64,000 bases of DNA from a virus. Its lineage: Duplodnaviria; Caudoviricetes. The position numbers and the translations under genes are program-made. Each line of letters starts with the position of its first letter. Position 1 is the first letter of the stretch. The notes under the pieces were generated by a model. That model made no database searches. It worked only from the letters and a program-made list of their open reading frames with translations, and was not told the DNA's origin. Below are positions 40,786-51,030 of the stretch, one piece after another. The stretch lies in the IMG/VR virus record IMGVR_UViG_3300010162_000393, positions 32,001-96,000 of that record. One strand, given 5' to 3'.

Positions 40786-41481
40786 TTATTTTTTTTCTCG
40801 CCATTTAAAATAGTTAACCGGTTTTGTTTTTACTTTTCCATCTGGTTTTTGAAATACTAAAAAATGACTATGAAAACATCTGGCATGTTCCTGTTTTTTT
40901 ATATTTCCTATAAGACGACTTTTTGCAAGTAATAAAAACTCATCCTGTGGGTAAAAACCTATTTCTTCTGCTATTTTCCAACTATAATATGGTGTAAAAT
41001 ATTTTTTACTTCCTGATATAGTGGACTGTGTCTTGAACACACAAAATCCACCAGGTTTCAAATATTTAAAAGCATTATATAAAAAGTGATAATAACTTTT
41101 GAATAATTCGTCAATAGGGTAATAACCTTGAAATCTCTTAACAATAATACAAGAATGTGGATCACCCATTTGTTCTTCTTTAACACTACCGGAACAAACA
41201 AATGGTAAATCAATGTTAATACTCTTCAATGAGTTTATTTCTAGTGGCCACTTTCCAAATGGTTCAATTTTTTCAACACCTTCTACTATCGGATAAACAT
41301 CAAACTTATATTTAGGTGGATTTAAATTAAATTCACCACCTTTATTATAATATCCGCCTTTTGAATATGTTGGATCGCACTCAAAATCTTCACCATTAAG
41401 ATAAAGTTTTTGAATATTATACATAATCTCAAACTGATTTTCCGATATACTTTTAATAATATCTTTGTATTCGACTCCCAT
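40786..41481 (-). CDS. Putative DNA methyltransferase
   Basis: DPTYSKG, DLPF (DPPF-like) and LKPGG motifs. Confidence 0.6.
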   Translation of the reverse strand: MGVEYKDIIKSISENQFEIMYNIQKLYLNGEDFECDPTYSKGGYYNKGGEFNLNPPKYKFDVYPIVEGVEKIEPFGKWPLEINSLKSINIDLPFVCSGSVKEEQMGDPHSCIIVKRFQGYYPIDELFKSYYHFLYNAFKYLKPGGFCVFKTQSTISGSKKYFTPYYSWKIAEEIGFYPQDEFLLLAKSRLIGNIKKQEHARCFHSHFLVFQKPDGKVKTKPVNYFKWREKK

Positions 41482-41867
41482 TACGTATTTGTTTCTTGAA
41501 GTTTTTCCATTAATGTTACCGCCAATTCCAAATGTTGTTCAACGTTGTGATTGAGAATGAAATTTACATTAGCAACTCCGTCATCATAATCACATTTCTG
41601 TTTTATTTTAAGTTCGTAAATTGCGCGCTCATCTTGTGGTCGATAAGTATCTATATCATAGAAAATATCAAAATCCGGATTTACATTAGAAAGTTTATGT
41701 ATAATATCTTCTAATTTTTCTGTAAAATCTTCGATAGAGATTAGTTTTAATTTTGCGACATACCATAAGTTTATTTGAATACGGTAATCACCTTCTTCCC
41801 ACAAAGGTACTGTAATGAAATTTTCACTACAATATGGAATAATTTTTTGAATTAATTTTTGACACAT
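41481..41867 (-). CDS. Hypothetical protein
   Basis: 128-aa ORF, stop overlaps next start. Confidence 0.6.
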   Translation of the reverse strand: MCQKLIQKIIPYCSENFITVPLWEEGDYRIQINLWYVAKLKLISIEDFTEKLEDIIHKLSNVNPDFDIFYDIDTYRPQDERAIYELKIKQKCDYDDGVANVNFILNHNVEQHLELAVTLMEKLQETNT

Positions 41868-41868
41868 A

Positions 41869-42048
41869 TTATTTTATTTTTTTAAAATTACAATTTTTAC
41901 AATATAGGGTTTTGTTGTTATCGGTATTTATCATAAAACTACCACACAATGGACATTTTTCTCGTTTATACAAACTAAGTACAAAAAATACGCATAACAT
42001 TGCTAATGATATACGAATAAGTACCGATATTATTGTTGCGGTGTTCAT
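41869..42048 (-). CDS. Small membrane-anchored zinc-ribbon protein (59 aa)
   Basis: Manual translation MNTATIISVLIRISLAMLCVFFVLSLYKREKCPLCG...YCKNC; fills the operon gap exactly. Confidence 0.65.
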   Translation of the reverse strand: MNTATIISVLIRISLAMLCVFFVLSLYKREKCPLCGSFMINTDNNKTLYCKNCNFKKIK

Positions 42049-42722
42049 TAATTTTTACCTGTGTGACCAAAACCACCTGCACCACGTTGAGTATCCTCTG
42101 ATAAACTATCAATCGGTACTAATTTAGTAAAAGACTCTCCAGACACGGGACATAAAACACCTTGTGCGATTCTATCACCATTACGTATTTTAAATGGTTC
42201 ATAAGAATGGTTTGTTAAGATAACGCATACTTCACCTCTATAAGACACATCTATCGTTCCCGGTGAATTTAACACTCCAATACCATTTCTTAATGCTAAT
42301 CCACTTCTCGGTCTTATTTGAACTTCAAACCCCTTTGGTATCTCCATATAAAGACCGGTGTGTATCATTTTTACATCTCTTGGTTCCAGTGTAATGGTAT
42401 TAGCATCCCCTGTTGGTTCAAAGTCTACTATCCATGCCCTAATATCAAAACCTGAATCGCCTTCGGTCGCATACGCGGGAAATGGGTTAGGTGATTTGTT
42501 CACTATCTTCAAAATGTTTTTACCATATTCTGATAACTCACCACCTCTTTTAATAATCTCCAATCGTAAAAGTCTTTCGGTTTCATCATCTTCAAGATAG
42601 AAGAAATCTCCCCTACCAAACACATAGTTTTGGAGTAATTGGGAAAGACGCTGATCCGGATAAATATTCCAAAGCGTTTTTACCTCACCTAATATTCTGT
42701 CTATTCTTTTTGGATCTCTCAT
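42048..42722 (-). CDS. dut: Trimeric dUTPase with N-terminal YihD/DUF1040-like extension
   Basis: SGFDIRA, RPRSGLA, GTIDVSYRGE, RIAQGV and RGAGGFGHTG motifs. Confidence 0.93.
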   Translation of the reverse strand: MRDPKRIDRILGEVKTLWNIYPDQRLSQLLQNYVFGRGDFFYLEDDETERLLRLEIIKRGGELSEYGKNILKIVNKSPNPFPAYATEGDSGFDIRAWIVDFEPTGDANTITLEPRDVKMIHTGLYMEIPKGFEVQIRPRSGLALRNGIGVLNSPGTIDVSYRGEVCVILTNHSYEPFKIRNGDRIAQGVLCPVSGESFTKLVPIDSLSEDTQRGAGGFGHTGKN

Positions 42723-42973
42723 TCGTCGTCAAAATTATCTTCGTCGTTATATTCAACATCAACATCGCCGTATTTCATTATTTTGATAATGAAATCAATT
42801 GCGTCTATTTCACCATGTGTTAGGGAGATGTTTTTATCCTCAAACTGGATATCGTACCCTTCACCATTCGTCCACTCTGTTACTTCTATGTAATCTCTCT
42901 CTTTTGAAAGAATACAAAAAGGTGCTAATTTAGAATGGATAGTTTTTCTTTTGTTTACTGTTATTGTTACCAT
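42719..42973 (-). CDS. Hypothetical phage protein
   Basis: 84-aa ORF overlapping the dut start. Confidence 0.6.
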   Translation of the reverse strand: MVTITVNKRKTIHSKLAPFCILSKERDYIEVTEWTNGEGYDIQFEDKNISLTHGEIDAIDFIIKIMKYGDVDVEYNDEDNFDDE

Positions 42974-42978
42974 AATAT

Positions 42979-43848
42979 TTATTTTTTAATGTACATTATT
43001 TCTTCAACCTCAACTTGTTTTCCATTTAATCTGGAATACGAACTGTTTTTCTTTTCTAAATTTACAATATTTACCCCATTTAATGAAATTTTATTTGCCT
43101 TATTTTCGCCCCTATCACCATCAAACGTTAATGCGTAATCACATTTTAGATTATTACAATATTCAATTAATTCATTTGTGTTTATTCCACCATGATACAT
43201 ACTCTTTTTCCCTTTGCTGTTTCCAACAGACGAATACGGAGGATCCATAAATACAAAATCATTATAATCTGGTATGAAATCTTTATAATCTCCACATAAG
43301 AATAACACATTATATTCATTCAATAATTCCGATGCTTTAATTATTATTTTTTTCATTTTATCAGGGTGAATACCGGGTCTGGTAAAATGACATGAAGAAT
43401 TGTAAACACCTGAACTATTGTATCTTACCAACCCAGAAAAGGAAGTTCTCAAAAGAAATAGAAAGTAAATAGAATTTGTTAAATTGGAGTGTAATTTACT
43501 GTTAAATTCATTCCTAATATAATTAAAATAAAATTTACGATGTCCTTCAATAGTTTCTTCTTGACGTTGTTTGAAATCTTTCCACAACCTTTCATATCCA
43601 CCTATCAATAAATTAGGTGTTCTTTTAATATAATTCCACAAGTGCATTAAATCTTCGTTGTTATCAACACAAATTATATTTTCATACTCACGAGCTTTAT
43701 CAGGATATTTTAATATTAGTTCTAATGTGATTGAACAACCACCACAGAACAATTCATAAAATTTACCTGTTTTTCCTTCTGGAAAATGTGATATTATTTG
43801 ATTTGCGAGAAGGCGTTTGCTTCCACTCCACTTAATCGGGTTTTCCAT
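42979..43848 (-). CDS. Dam-family (D12 class) DNA adenine methyltransferase
   Basis: PIKWSGSK, ELFCGG and DPPY motifs. Confidence 0.88.
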   Translation of the reverse strand: MENPIKWSGSKRLLANQIISHFPEGKTGKFYELFCGGCSITLELILKYPDKAREYENIICVDNNEDLMHLWNYIKRTPNLLIGGYERLWKDFKQRQEETIEGHRKFYFNYIRNEFNSKLHSNLTNSIYFLFLLRTSFSGLVRYNSSGVYNSSCHFTRPGIHPDKMKKIIIKASELLNEYNVLFLCGDYKDFIPDYNDFVFMDPPYSSVGNSKGKKSMYHGGINTNELIEYCNNLKCDYALTFDGDRGENKANKISLNGVNIVNLEKKNSSYSRLNGKQVEVEEIMYIKK

Positions 43849-43890
43849 TATAAATAATTTTTGTAGTAAATCTACAAAAAAACATCTTAT

Positions 43891-45030
43891 TTACCGAATG
43901 GAACGATTGTATACATATAAATAATTGCGAAGATCATATAATTTTTTCAATCTATCTGTTCTTCTAATCACCTTAAAAATAATATTCATAGAGTCGTTTT
44001 CTCCACCACGCTTAATACCCTCTTTCCTCATACCTTTAATTTTTGTCCACAGTTTATTACATTTTTGTGTTAAATGTAACATCTTTTCGTCGTTTTCTTC
44101 GGATTTAAATTGTTCAAATTCTTCACAGTATTTGTCAATGATATTAATAAATTTTGCCGATTTGGTTTTTATTAACGCTTTTTGGTATGTAATTGGTTCC
44201 GGTTTTGTTGGTTGTTGTATCCATGTATTTGATTCTAACGAATATCTTCCATTACTTTCTGCCGGATTTGAAATATCCTCAACATATAATTCAACATCAT
44301 ATCCATATATTCTTATTTTTTTGGTTTCATTCCATATTGTTTTTTTACTGTCAACATATTCTCTTACGAAATTTGTTCTTTTGTCAATATCATTGAAATC
44401 ATAAATAATATGTAAATCTACGTCAGAATATTTTGACCAATTGTATCCTACAATACTTCCTACAATATGAATATCCTTTGGATTAGCGAATGGTAGGTTA
44501 AGTTCATCTGTAAAATCATCAGCAACCTCTAACAAACGAAGTCTTGTTCTTTTCAATAACTTTTCACCATCCGGGAAAAATCTTGGATTCAATTCTGATT
44601 TTGGTTGAAATGAATTGAGATTAATTTGTGAAGCATCAACGGTTTCTTCGTAATTATTTTCAACTAATAGTTTTGTTGCTGATCTTGTTTCACCCTCAAA
44701 AAGTTTTATAAACATTCGTTTTATTTTTCTCTCAAAGTTGTTATTCAGTAATTTGTAAGTTATTTCTAATTGTGGTCCATCAATATTATCCGTATTGACT
44801 TTTTCGTCTTTATCCAAGACACCAACTTTAAGTAAATATTCTATCATCTTATTTTTAGAAAACCCTCGTGATTTCCAAAATTCTCCGATATTACTTTTTA
44901 CAGGATGATCTAATAATGACCTTAAAAATGTTTGGATTTCGTTCTTAAATTCATAGAACGTTACCTCATTGGATTCCTCTTTCAGAATCATGTTCAACTG
45001 TTTTTCGGATATTATTACTTTTTTTGCCAT
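43891..45030 (-). CDS. Pol-beta superfamily nucleotidyltransferase with N-terminal putative capsid-targeting region
   Basis: GS...YSDVDLH and VELY catalytic pattern; N-terminus KKVIISEKQLNMILKEE; late motif upstream. Confidence 0.7.
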   Translation of the reverse strand: MAKKVIISEKQLNMILKEESNEVTFYEFKNEIQTFLRSLLDHPVKSNIGEFWKSRGFSKNKMIEYLLKVGVLDKDEKVNTDNIDGPQLEITYKLLNNNFERKIKRMFIKLFEGETRSATKLLVENNYEETVDASQINLNSFQPKSELNPRFFPDGEKLLKRTRLRLLEVADDFTDELNLPFANPKDIHIVGSIVGYNWSKYSDVDLHIIYDFNDIDKRTNFVREYVDSKKTIWNETKKIRIYGYDVELYVEDISNPAESNGRYSLESNTWIQQPTKPEPITYQKALIKTKSAKFINIIDKYCEEFEQFKSEENDEKMLHLTQKCNKLWTKIKGMRKEGIKRGGENDSMNIIFKVIRRTDRLKKLYDLRNYLYVYNRSIR

Positions 45031-45044
45031 TGTTTCACTTTCCT

Positions 45045-45079
45045 ATAAATAGTTAAATTTAAAAATCGCCACTATTTAT
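45045..45079. promoter_or_regulatory. Divergent pair of CTATTTAT late motifs (45045-45052 minus; 45072-45079 plus)
   Basis: Each faces its adjacent gene. Confidence 0.65.
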
Positions 45080-45098
45080 AACAAAATACATTAATTTT

Positions 45099-45485
45099 AT
45101 GTCAAAATCAAATTTGAAAGAATACATAGATAATACGGTTAAGGATTTGTTGAAGGAAAATAAAAACTCTGTCAAACCCAGTATTATAGCAGAAAATATT
45201 CATTCAATGAAAGAAAATTACAGGTTGCTTCGCGAATATGTTGAATACGCAAATGAAGGTGAATATGATGGGGATGTTATGTTGGATAATGAAATATCTG
45301 ATATTGATTCCAATGAACCTGAAATTAATAAATTCATTGAGAATATTAAATCGGAGGCGCTGGATGCTATGGCACAACTGTCAAAAAATGGTGAGAGTGG
45401 TAGTGAAACATTTAATACACTTAAAAAGGTGTTTGATGTTTGTCATAACACACAGAAAAAAGAAAAAGAAGGTAAAGTAGAATAA
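45099..45485 (+). CDS. Putative internal virion protein
   Basis: Late motif; repeated L/I-x-E motifs (LKE, IAE, LRE). Confidence 0.45.
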   Translation: MSKSNLKEYIDNTVKDLLKENKNSVKPSIIAENIHSMKENYRLLREYVEYANEGEYDGDVMLDNEISDIDSNEPEINKFIENIKSEALDAMAQLSKNGESGSETFNTLKKVFDVCHNTQKKEKEGKVE

Positions 45486-45535
45486 GAAAAAGTTCTATTT
45501 ATTATTAAAATAAATGACAATAAAAAATAAATAAT

Positions 45536-47002
45536 ATGAACCAATATAAAGTATATTGTATCAACGAACAAAGAGGTTTAATTATTAAAGGATTTAATAC
45601 GGATGATAAATCAAAAATAAAAAACGAAGTAAAATCTTACTTATCCAAAGTATATCCTGGTAGAAAGTTAAACGAAAATATTGTCGTAACATCAAACCCG
45701 CAAGGATACGGATTAAATCCAAAAGATCGTTCTTCATGGATAAACATGGAAAAAGAAATGAAAAATGAATCTATTGTAAGGTATTTTACTGACAAGATAT
45801 ACGAATCTATGGTTGAAGGTGGGTATTTGTCTGATAAATTAAACCAAAAATATAATGTTTTACCCAGAGAAGTAACAGAAAAAAGAAAAGATTTTGAGAG
45901 GGCATTAACCAGTTGGTTAAAAGATCAAGATCAAAATCTTGGTACCGAAGAATTGGCGGCAAGAGTTAAAGCAAAAATAGATGAAATAATTGCCGAAGAA
46001 GAAGTAGAAGACGGTGAAGAAGAAATGCCTAGACTTACAAGTGGTGATATGAAAAATTTCAGAGAAAGTGTTCAAAAAATGGTTAGTCAAAATATCAATG
46101 AACTTTTAACTGAATCATATACCCAAGCAATCAATGAAAAATTTGGTGATAGGGTTGGAACTGGTATAAGAAACATGTTCAGTTGGGGTGGTAAGGGAAC
46201 TATACCCCCTAAAACATATGAAGCGGCAAGAGAATTTGGTAGAGCATGGGCATCGTTTAAAGGGGCGTGGGAAAAATGGGCTCCGCTTTTGGGTCATAAT
46301 CCTCATCAACCAGACGCGACACTTGCTAGTAAATTGCCGGTTGTTGAAAAAAGTATTCAAAAAGTGTTACCAAGACTTGAAGGTGTTGCTGATATTACAA
46401 GACCAAGGAGGCCAGAATTAATTGGAAAACATTTTGTGTCAAACAAAAACTATCAAGCGAATGTAGAAGCGCAAGCTCAAATATTGTCTCAACAACAAAT
46501 TGATATGGCAAATCAAGAAGTCACTAGTTTACAAAAAGAATTAGATGTTTTAGAACAACAATATTCCCAAAGTCAAAATCAAAATCGGCAAAGTAAACTG
46601 CGTATTGCCGCTTTAGAAAAGGATGTAAATACTTATACACAAAAAATTACTGAATTAGAGGCAGGTAAAGAAATTGATGAAAAAACAATTAAATTCCTTG
46701 AATCTTATTCTGCCTCTATAGTGGCGAAACTAGATGAACTAAAAAAAGATCAAAGTATTAATCAGAATCTTATATCAAGTTTAGAAAAAAGACTTAAAAC
46801 AGTGACCGGATTATTTACAAAAGCACAAACAGCAAAAAGAGATTATAAAAAACAACGTGATGTTGCCACAGGACAAGTAAATGATCTTACTGGGAAACTT
46901 GACGCTAAAGACGCAGAACTACAAAAAGAAAAGGGTTTACGAGGGAAAGCAGAAGCAGATTTAGATGCTCATTATAAAATTGCTGATTTTAATCCAACTT
47001 AA
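45536..47002 (+). CDS. Putative internal virion protein with C-terminal coiled coil
   Basis: CTATTTAT at 45495-45502; INE/LNE/LTE motifs; heptad-rich C-terminal half. Confidence 0.5.
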   Translation: MNQYKVYCINEQRGLIIKGFNTDDKSKIKNEVKSYLSKVYPGRKLNENIVVTSNPQGYGLNPKDRSSWINMEKEMKNESIVRYFTDKIYESMVEGGYLSDKLNQKYNVLPREVTEKRKDFERALTSWLKDQDQNLGTEELAARVKAKIDEIIAEEEVEDGEEEMPRLTSGDMKNFRESVQKMVSQNINELLTESYTQAINEKFGDRVGTGIRNMFSWGGKGTIPPKTYEAAREFGRAWASFKGAWEKWAPLLGHNPHQPDATLASKLPVVEKSIQKVLPRLEGVADITRPRRPELIGKHFVSNKNYQANVEAQAQILSQQQIDMANQEVTSLQKELDVLEQQYSQSQNQNRQSKLRIAALEKDVNTYTQKITELEAGKEIDEKTIKFLESYSASIVAKLDELKKDQSINQNLISSLEKRLKTVTGLFTKAQTAKRDYKKQRDVATGQVNDLTGKLDAKDAELQKEKGLRGKAEADLDAHYKIADFNPT

Positions 47003-47007
47003 CCAAC

Positions 47008-47535
47008 TCATGTAAAATTGATATGAATAAGTGGGGCAAGGTCTTTTGAGATTATTGCCCCATTTTCTATATCAAATGATATCAATGTGTTTTCTTTATC
47101 ATTTTCGTTCCAAAAGTTTAACATACCCTTATAACAATGGTGAAAACTTCCAGATTCATCTTCTACGAGTTCTTCGGTAGAAGACCAAGAATCATATATT
47201 GGTGGTATTAAAATTCTCTTTTCAAGATCACGTTTATTCATATATCGTTGAATAAGACCAAACTTTCCTATATCCGTTTTAAAGTAGTTATTCCAATATA
47301 TATCGTATTTCTCACATAATTTAGAAACCTTTTCCTCAACAGGCATTGTATAACCACTAAACGGACCGTTGTAATTATCTTCGGATAACTGTCTTCTATA
47401 TTCTTCAGACATATCACAACCGCGAATAACATTTACAGAGTAAATATTTCGATCCCCCAAACAAATCGAATTTTCGGTGTGGTAAATCCAATAATTACCA
47501 TCCACATCTTTCATCTTATATCTATTAACAATCAT
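47008..47535 (-). CDS. Hypothetical protein
   Basis: 175-aa ORF with GTATATTTC motif at 47561-47569. Confidence 0.6.
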   Translation of the reverse strand: MIVNRYKMKDVDGNYWIYHTENSICLGDRNIYSVNVIRGCDMSEEYRRQLSEDNYNGPFSGYTMPVEEKVSKLCEKYDIYWNNYFKTDIGKFGLIQRYMNKRDLEKRILIPPIYDSWSSTEELVEDESGSFHHCYKGMLNFWNENDKENTLISFDIENGAIISKDLAPLIHINFT

Positions 47536-47616
47536 TTTTTTAATTTTTTAATATTTTAGTGAAATATACATTCTATATAATTTTCTGATCACCTATTTAT
47601 AGAAAATACTATTTTA

Positions 47617-48867
47617 ATGCAAACATTCGTTAATGGTGGTAAAAACAATATAAACCCAACACGCGGAGATTTTCCGCGCAGTTATGGTGATACATGGAAA
47701 AAACTATTGACTCTTGAAGCATTTCTTGACCAAGCAAATAACCCAAAACTTATGTCTTTGGAAGATATAGATGCGAGTTTCAAGGAATGGGTTGAGCGTA
47801 ATTTAGAAATAACATATGCCGGACAACTTATACCAACACAATTTTTATTATCAATACAAAGATTAAGTGAGTTCGGAAAAAACTGGAAGATAACAAATAA
47901 TGAAGGGGAATTAATACTATCATTCAAAACAATATCCAGAGAATTGGCACCACAACAAGGTACAATGTATGATAAGATATATAACATACCTGGAGAACCA
48001 ACGTGGCCGGTATGTTATATACCTATTATTGAAAATGGTATTGAGGGATATGATGTTATTTCAATGAAACAACCAAACCAGGTTGATCTTAAATACACTG
48101 TATCTATTTTTAGTACTAAAATGGATACTGTTAATAAGTTTAATACATTGGTTATTGATAGATTCAAATCATTGCAAGCATATTTAAGGGTTAGGGATAC
48201 ATATTATGTTTCAATGGTATTAGAAAAGGTTAGCGATGAAACTAAAATGGAAATAGAAGAAAGGCGTTATTATGTTCAAAATTATGAAATACTTGTCAAA
48301 GCATATTTGTTACAAGAATCAGATTTTAAAAGAGAACGTCTTCAAAACAGAGTATTGGTTTCGGTTGATACGGAGGCAAAGTTTAAACCATGTGCTACAA
48401 TTATGGAAGATGATTGTTGTCCCGGTGCAATAGTTTTAACCATTGATTTTCCGCTTGAATCTAAAAGTTATGTAAAATTCAGAATAGACGAAAATGTATA
48501 TATTAAATCTGTTTCAAGTGATAATATTCGTTCATTTTCATTGAAACGAAATGATGAACCAGTACATAATGCCTGTGTTGGCGGATTTGATTTACGTGAA
48601 AATGATAGAGTAGAAATTCATTTTAAAAAATGGGATAATTATCTACCTGCAAGAATTAGATTTAGTGGTCAAATCGTTTGTTGTGAAGAACCAAAAAGCG
48701 TTTTTGATTGTACTATACCTGAAATAGAAGGTGAGGATATAATATTTGAGGAAGCTGATCCATGTATTTTACCAGAAATAGATAGTGATGAAATATCATT
48801 TGATTATATTGACCCATGTATTGTTCCGGAAATATTATCTAATTCAGTTTCTTTTGTATTATCGTGA
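47617..48867 (+). CDS. Putative tail completion/sheath-stabiliser (gp15-like) protein with C-terminal CxxPEI repeats
   Basis: CTATTTAT at 47593-47600; SLEDIDASF...P-x-x-VDLKYTVSIF pattern resembles jumbo-phage tail terminators. Confidence 0.55.
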   Translation: MQTFVNGGKNNINPTRGDFPRSYGDTWKKLLTLEAFLDQANNPKLMSLEDIDASFKEWVERNLEITYAGQLIPTQFLLSIQRLSEFGKNWKITNNEGELILSFKTISRELAPQQGTMYDKIYNIPGEPTWPVCYIPIIENGIEGYDVISMKQPNQVDLKYTVSIFSTKMDTVNKFNTLVIDRFKSLQAYLRVRDTYYVSMVLEKVSDETKMEIEERRYYVQNYEILVKAYLLQESDFKRERLQNRVLVSVDTEAKFKPCATIMEDDCCPGAIVLTIDFPLESKSYVKFRIDENVYIKSVSSDNIRSFSLKRNDEPVHNACVGGFDLRENDRVEIHFKKWDNYLPARIRFSGQIVCCEEPKSVFDCTIPEIEGEDIIFEEADPCILPEIDSDEISFDYIDPCIVPEILSNSVSFVLS

Positions 48868-51020
48868 ATCAGTTTATTTAACTTTTTCGTATACCCATAA
48901 TCAACCTTTTCATTTACACTTATCAGTTTACTAACATCTATATTTGAATATTTACGGATATATTCCTTTAATTTAGATTGAGATATGGATGTATGTTTAG
49001 TTAAATATTTACCGATTTGTAATAAAAGAGTTATGTGATTAGATAGTATTAAAATGGTGTTATCCATAATATTTCTCAACTCTTCATTTACATCTTGTTG
49101 GATAGTATAATTTTCATATTCCTTTAATAAAGTATCGTCATCAGATGCTAATGTTGTAACGCCTAAATTATATCTTAATCCATATTTTCTGTATGATTCA
49201 ACAATCAAAGAGGTTGCTTCTTCCAAGTCGTTAGATGCACCAACACTAACTAAAGCATCTTCAAAAACAATACTTTCTGCTGCCATACCGGCAAGTAAAA
49301 CACTAACCTTTTTAATTATAATTTCTTTATTTATAATACCATCTTCTTCTGATCCTTGAACTGTTATACCAATAGAAGTTGGGTCACTGGTAACAGATAG
49401 AACTTGTAGTGGGAGTTTGTTGAAAAGTGCAATAGACGCAACAGTATGTCCTGCTTCATGTACGGCAGTGAGGGTTTGTAAATCGTTTCCTTTGTTATTT
49501 CTCAAACTCTCTAAACGCAAATGAATTTTATGTTCGGTAGAGTCACATAAAACACCTTCCTTATAAAAATAAACTATTATTTTTTTATTCTTATACGAAT
49601 ATTCAATAGTATCACAATCTATGTTATTTGAACTTTTATATAATAATGTGTTTGCAAAATTAGATTTTATTAAGTCATTAATACCGGTTTGTAACGGTCT
49701 AACACCTAACACAGGAAATACATTCTCTTTGTACACAATAGTATGTATTGAATCATCATATTTCAAATTTACATTATATACTTCTTTAATATAATTTGAA
49801 TAATTATTAAGAATATTTTTAATAATAGTTTTATATGATTTTGAATCTAATGATGGGTAAATAATGAACGTATTACCTAACCTTGATACATGTTCTGCCC
49901 TGTATCTATTCATTAATGCCTCTTTTATTTCGACAATAGTGATTTTTTTAGATATTTTTGAAAATTCATCGGCAGATATATCAGCATTGAAGTCGGAGTG
50001 CATTCCGTGATACGCCTCATCAAGATTTAGTAGAACAAATATTAAACTTCGTTTATAATTTATTTGTGGTTTTTTTAATCCATCTATAATATCAGTACGA
50101 ATTGTAGTTAGAAAATCTATCATATCTCCTATTAACATTTCTGACATATCGTCATATAATCTATTAAGATCAATAATTTTATCTAAACCATACAATTTTA
50201 TGATATTACCAATTTCAGTAATAAATTCATGTTTGAATGTATATGTATAGTTGTTATTAATAGGGTTTGATTTAAGATTGAACACACCTAATAAATCTAA
50301 CATAACTTCATCAGATACTGTTACAACCATCTTGGTTTCGTTGGTTTCTACTAATATTGATTTGTTAACGTCTTTACAATTTTCGGCATAGTTATGAATA
50401 TCTTCAAGAAGTTTATATTCTTCTTCGGTTAGAGTAAATGATAAGTTTTTATATGTTCTGTTTTTCAAATACAAAATTGCCTTTAATACCCTAATAGCAG
50501 CAGACACACCATCATTATTATAACCGCTCTCAATTTTTCCCTCATATTTTAATAACCCGGTATCCATGAATAACCATAAACTGGAATTATATGAATCTAT
50601 TTCCCCATCTTTATCTTTTGCTTTATAGTTTTGAAACTCATCCAAAATAATTATTGGGTGGTCAATAAGTCTATTATGGTCATAAAGTAAAAACTTCAAT
50701 GGGGTTTCGCTATTTAATTCGGAACCATTAACAGTATGAGCATGAAATTCTAATCCTAATAAGGATATTAGTCTGTTAACCAGTGCTGTTTTACCACAGC
50801 CGGTTAATCCAACTAAATTAATTACTAATGGTTTTTCCAACGAATCTTTAAAAAACAACCATGGTTTAACAGCGTTGATTAACTCATCAATTTGTTTGTC
50901 AATGCCGATAAATTCAGATTTTAATACACCGGATATTTCTGTAAGTTGTTCACTTGTGGTTACTATTTCAAACTTTTTTTTACTATTAATAAAATCTTTA
51001 ATATCCTTTGTCTTTATCAT
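48804..51020 (-). CDS. AAA+ ATPase fused to M41 (FtsH-type) metallopeptidase, no membrane anchor
   Basis: GLTGCGKT, IIILDE, GVRPL (Clp D2-like), HEAGH, LAGMAAE, GASNDL. Confidence 0.85.
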   Translation of the reverse strand: MIKTKDIKDFINSKKKFEIVTTSEQLTEISGVLKSEFIGIDKQIDELINAVKPWLFFKDSLEKPLVINLVGLTGCGKTALVNRLISLLGLEFHAHTVNGSELNSETPLKFLLYDHNRLIDHPIIILDEFQNYKAKDKDGEIDSYNSSLWLFMDTGLLKYEGKIESGYNNDGVSAAIRVLKAILYLKNRTYKNLSFTLTEEEYKLLEDIHNYAENCKDVNKSILVETNETKMVVTVSDEVMLDLLGVFNLKSNPINNNYTYTFKHEFITEIGNIIKLYGLDKIIDLNRLYDDMSEMLIGDMIDFLTTIRTDIIDGLKKPQINYKRSLIFVLLNLDEAYHGMHSDFNADISADEFSKISKKITIVEIKEALMNRYRAEHVSRLGNTFIIYPSLDSKSYKTIIKNILNNYSNYIKEVYNVNLKYDDSIHTIVYKENVFPVLGVRPLQTGINDLIKSNFANTLLYKSSNNIDCDTIEYSYKNKKIIVYFYKEGVLCDSTEHKIHLRLESLRNNKGNDLQTLTAVHEAGHTVASIALFNKLPLQVLSVTSDPTSIGITVQGSEEDGIINKEIIIKKVSVLLAGMAAESIVFEDALVSVGASNDLEEATSLIVESYRKYGLRYNLGVTTLASDDDTLLKEYENYTIQQDVNEELRNIMDNTILILSNHITLLLQIGKYLTKHTSISQSKLKEYIRKYSNIDVSKLISVNEKVDYGYTKKLNKLIHDNTKETELDNISGTIHGSI

Positions 51021-51030
51021 ACATTCTTTT

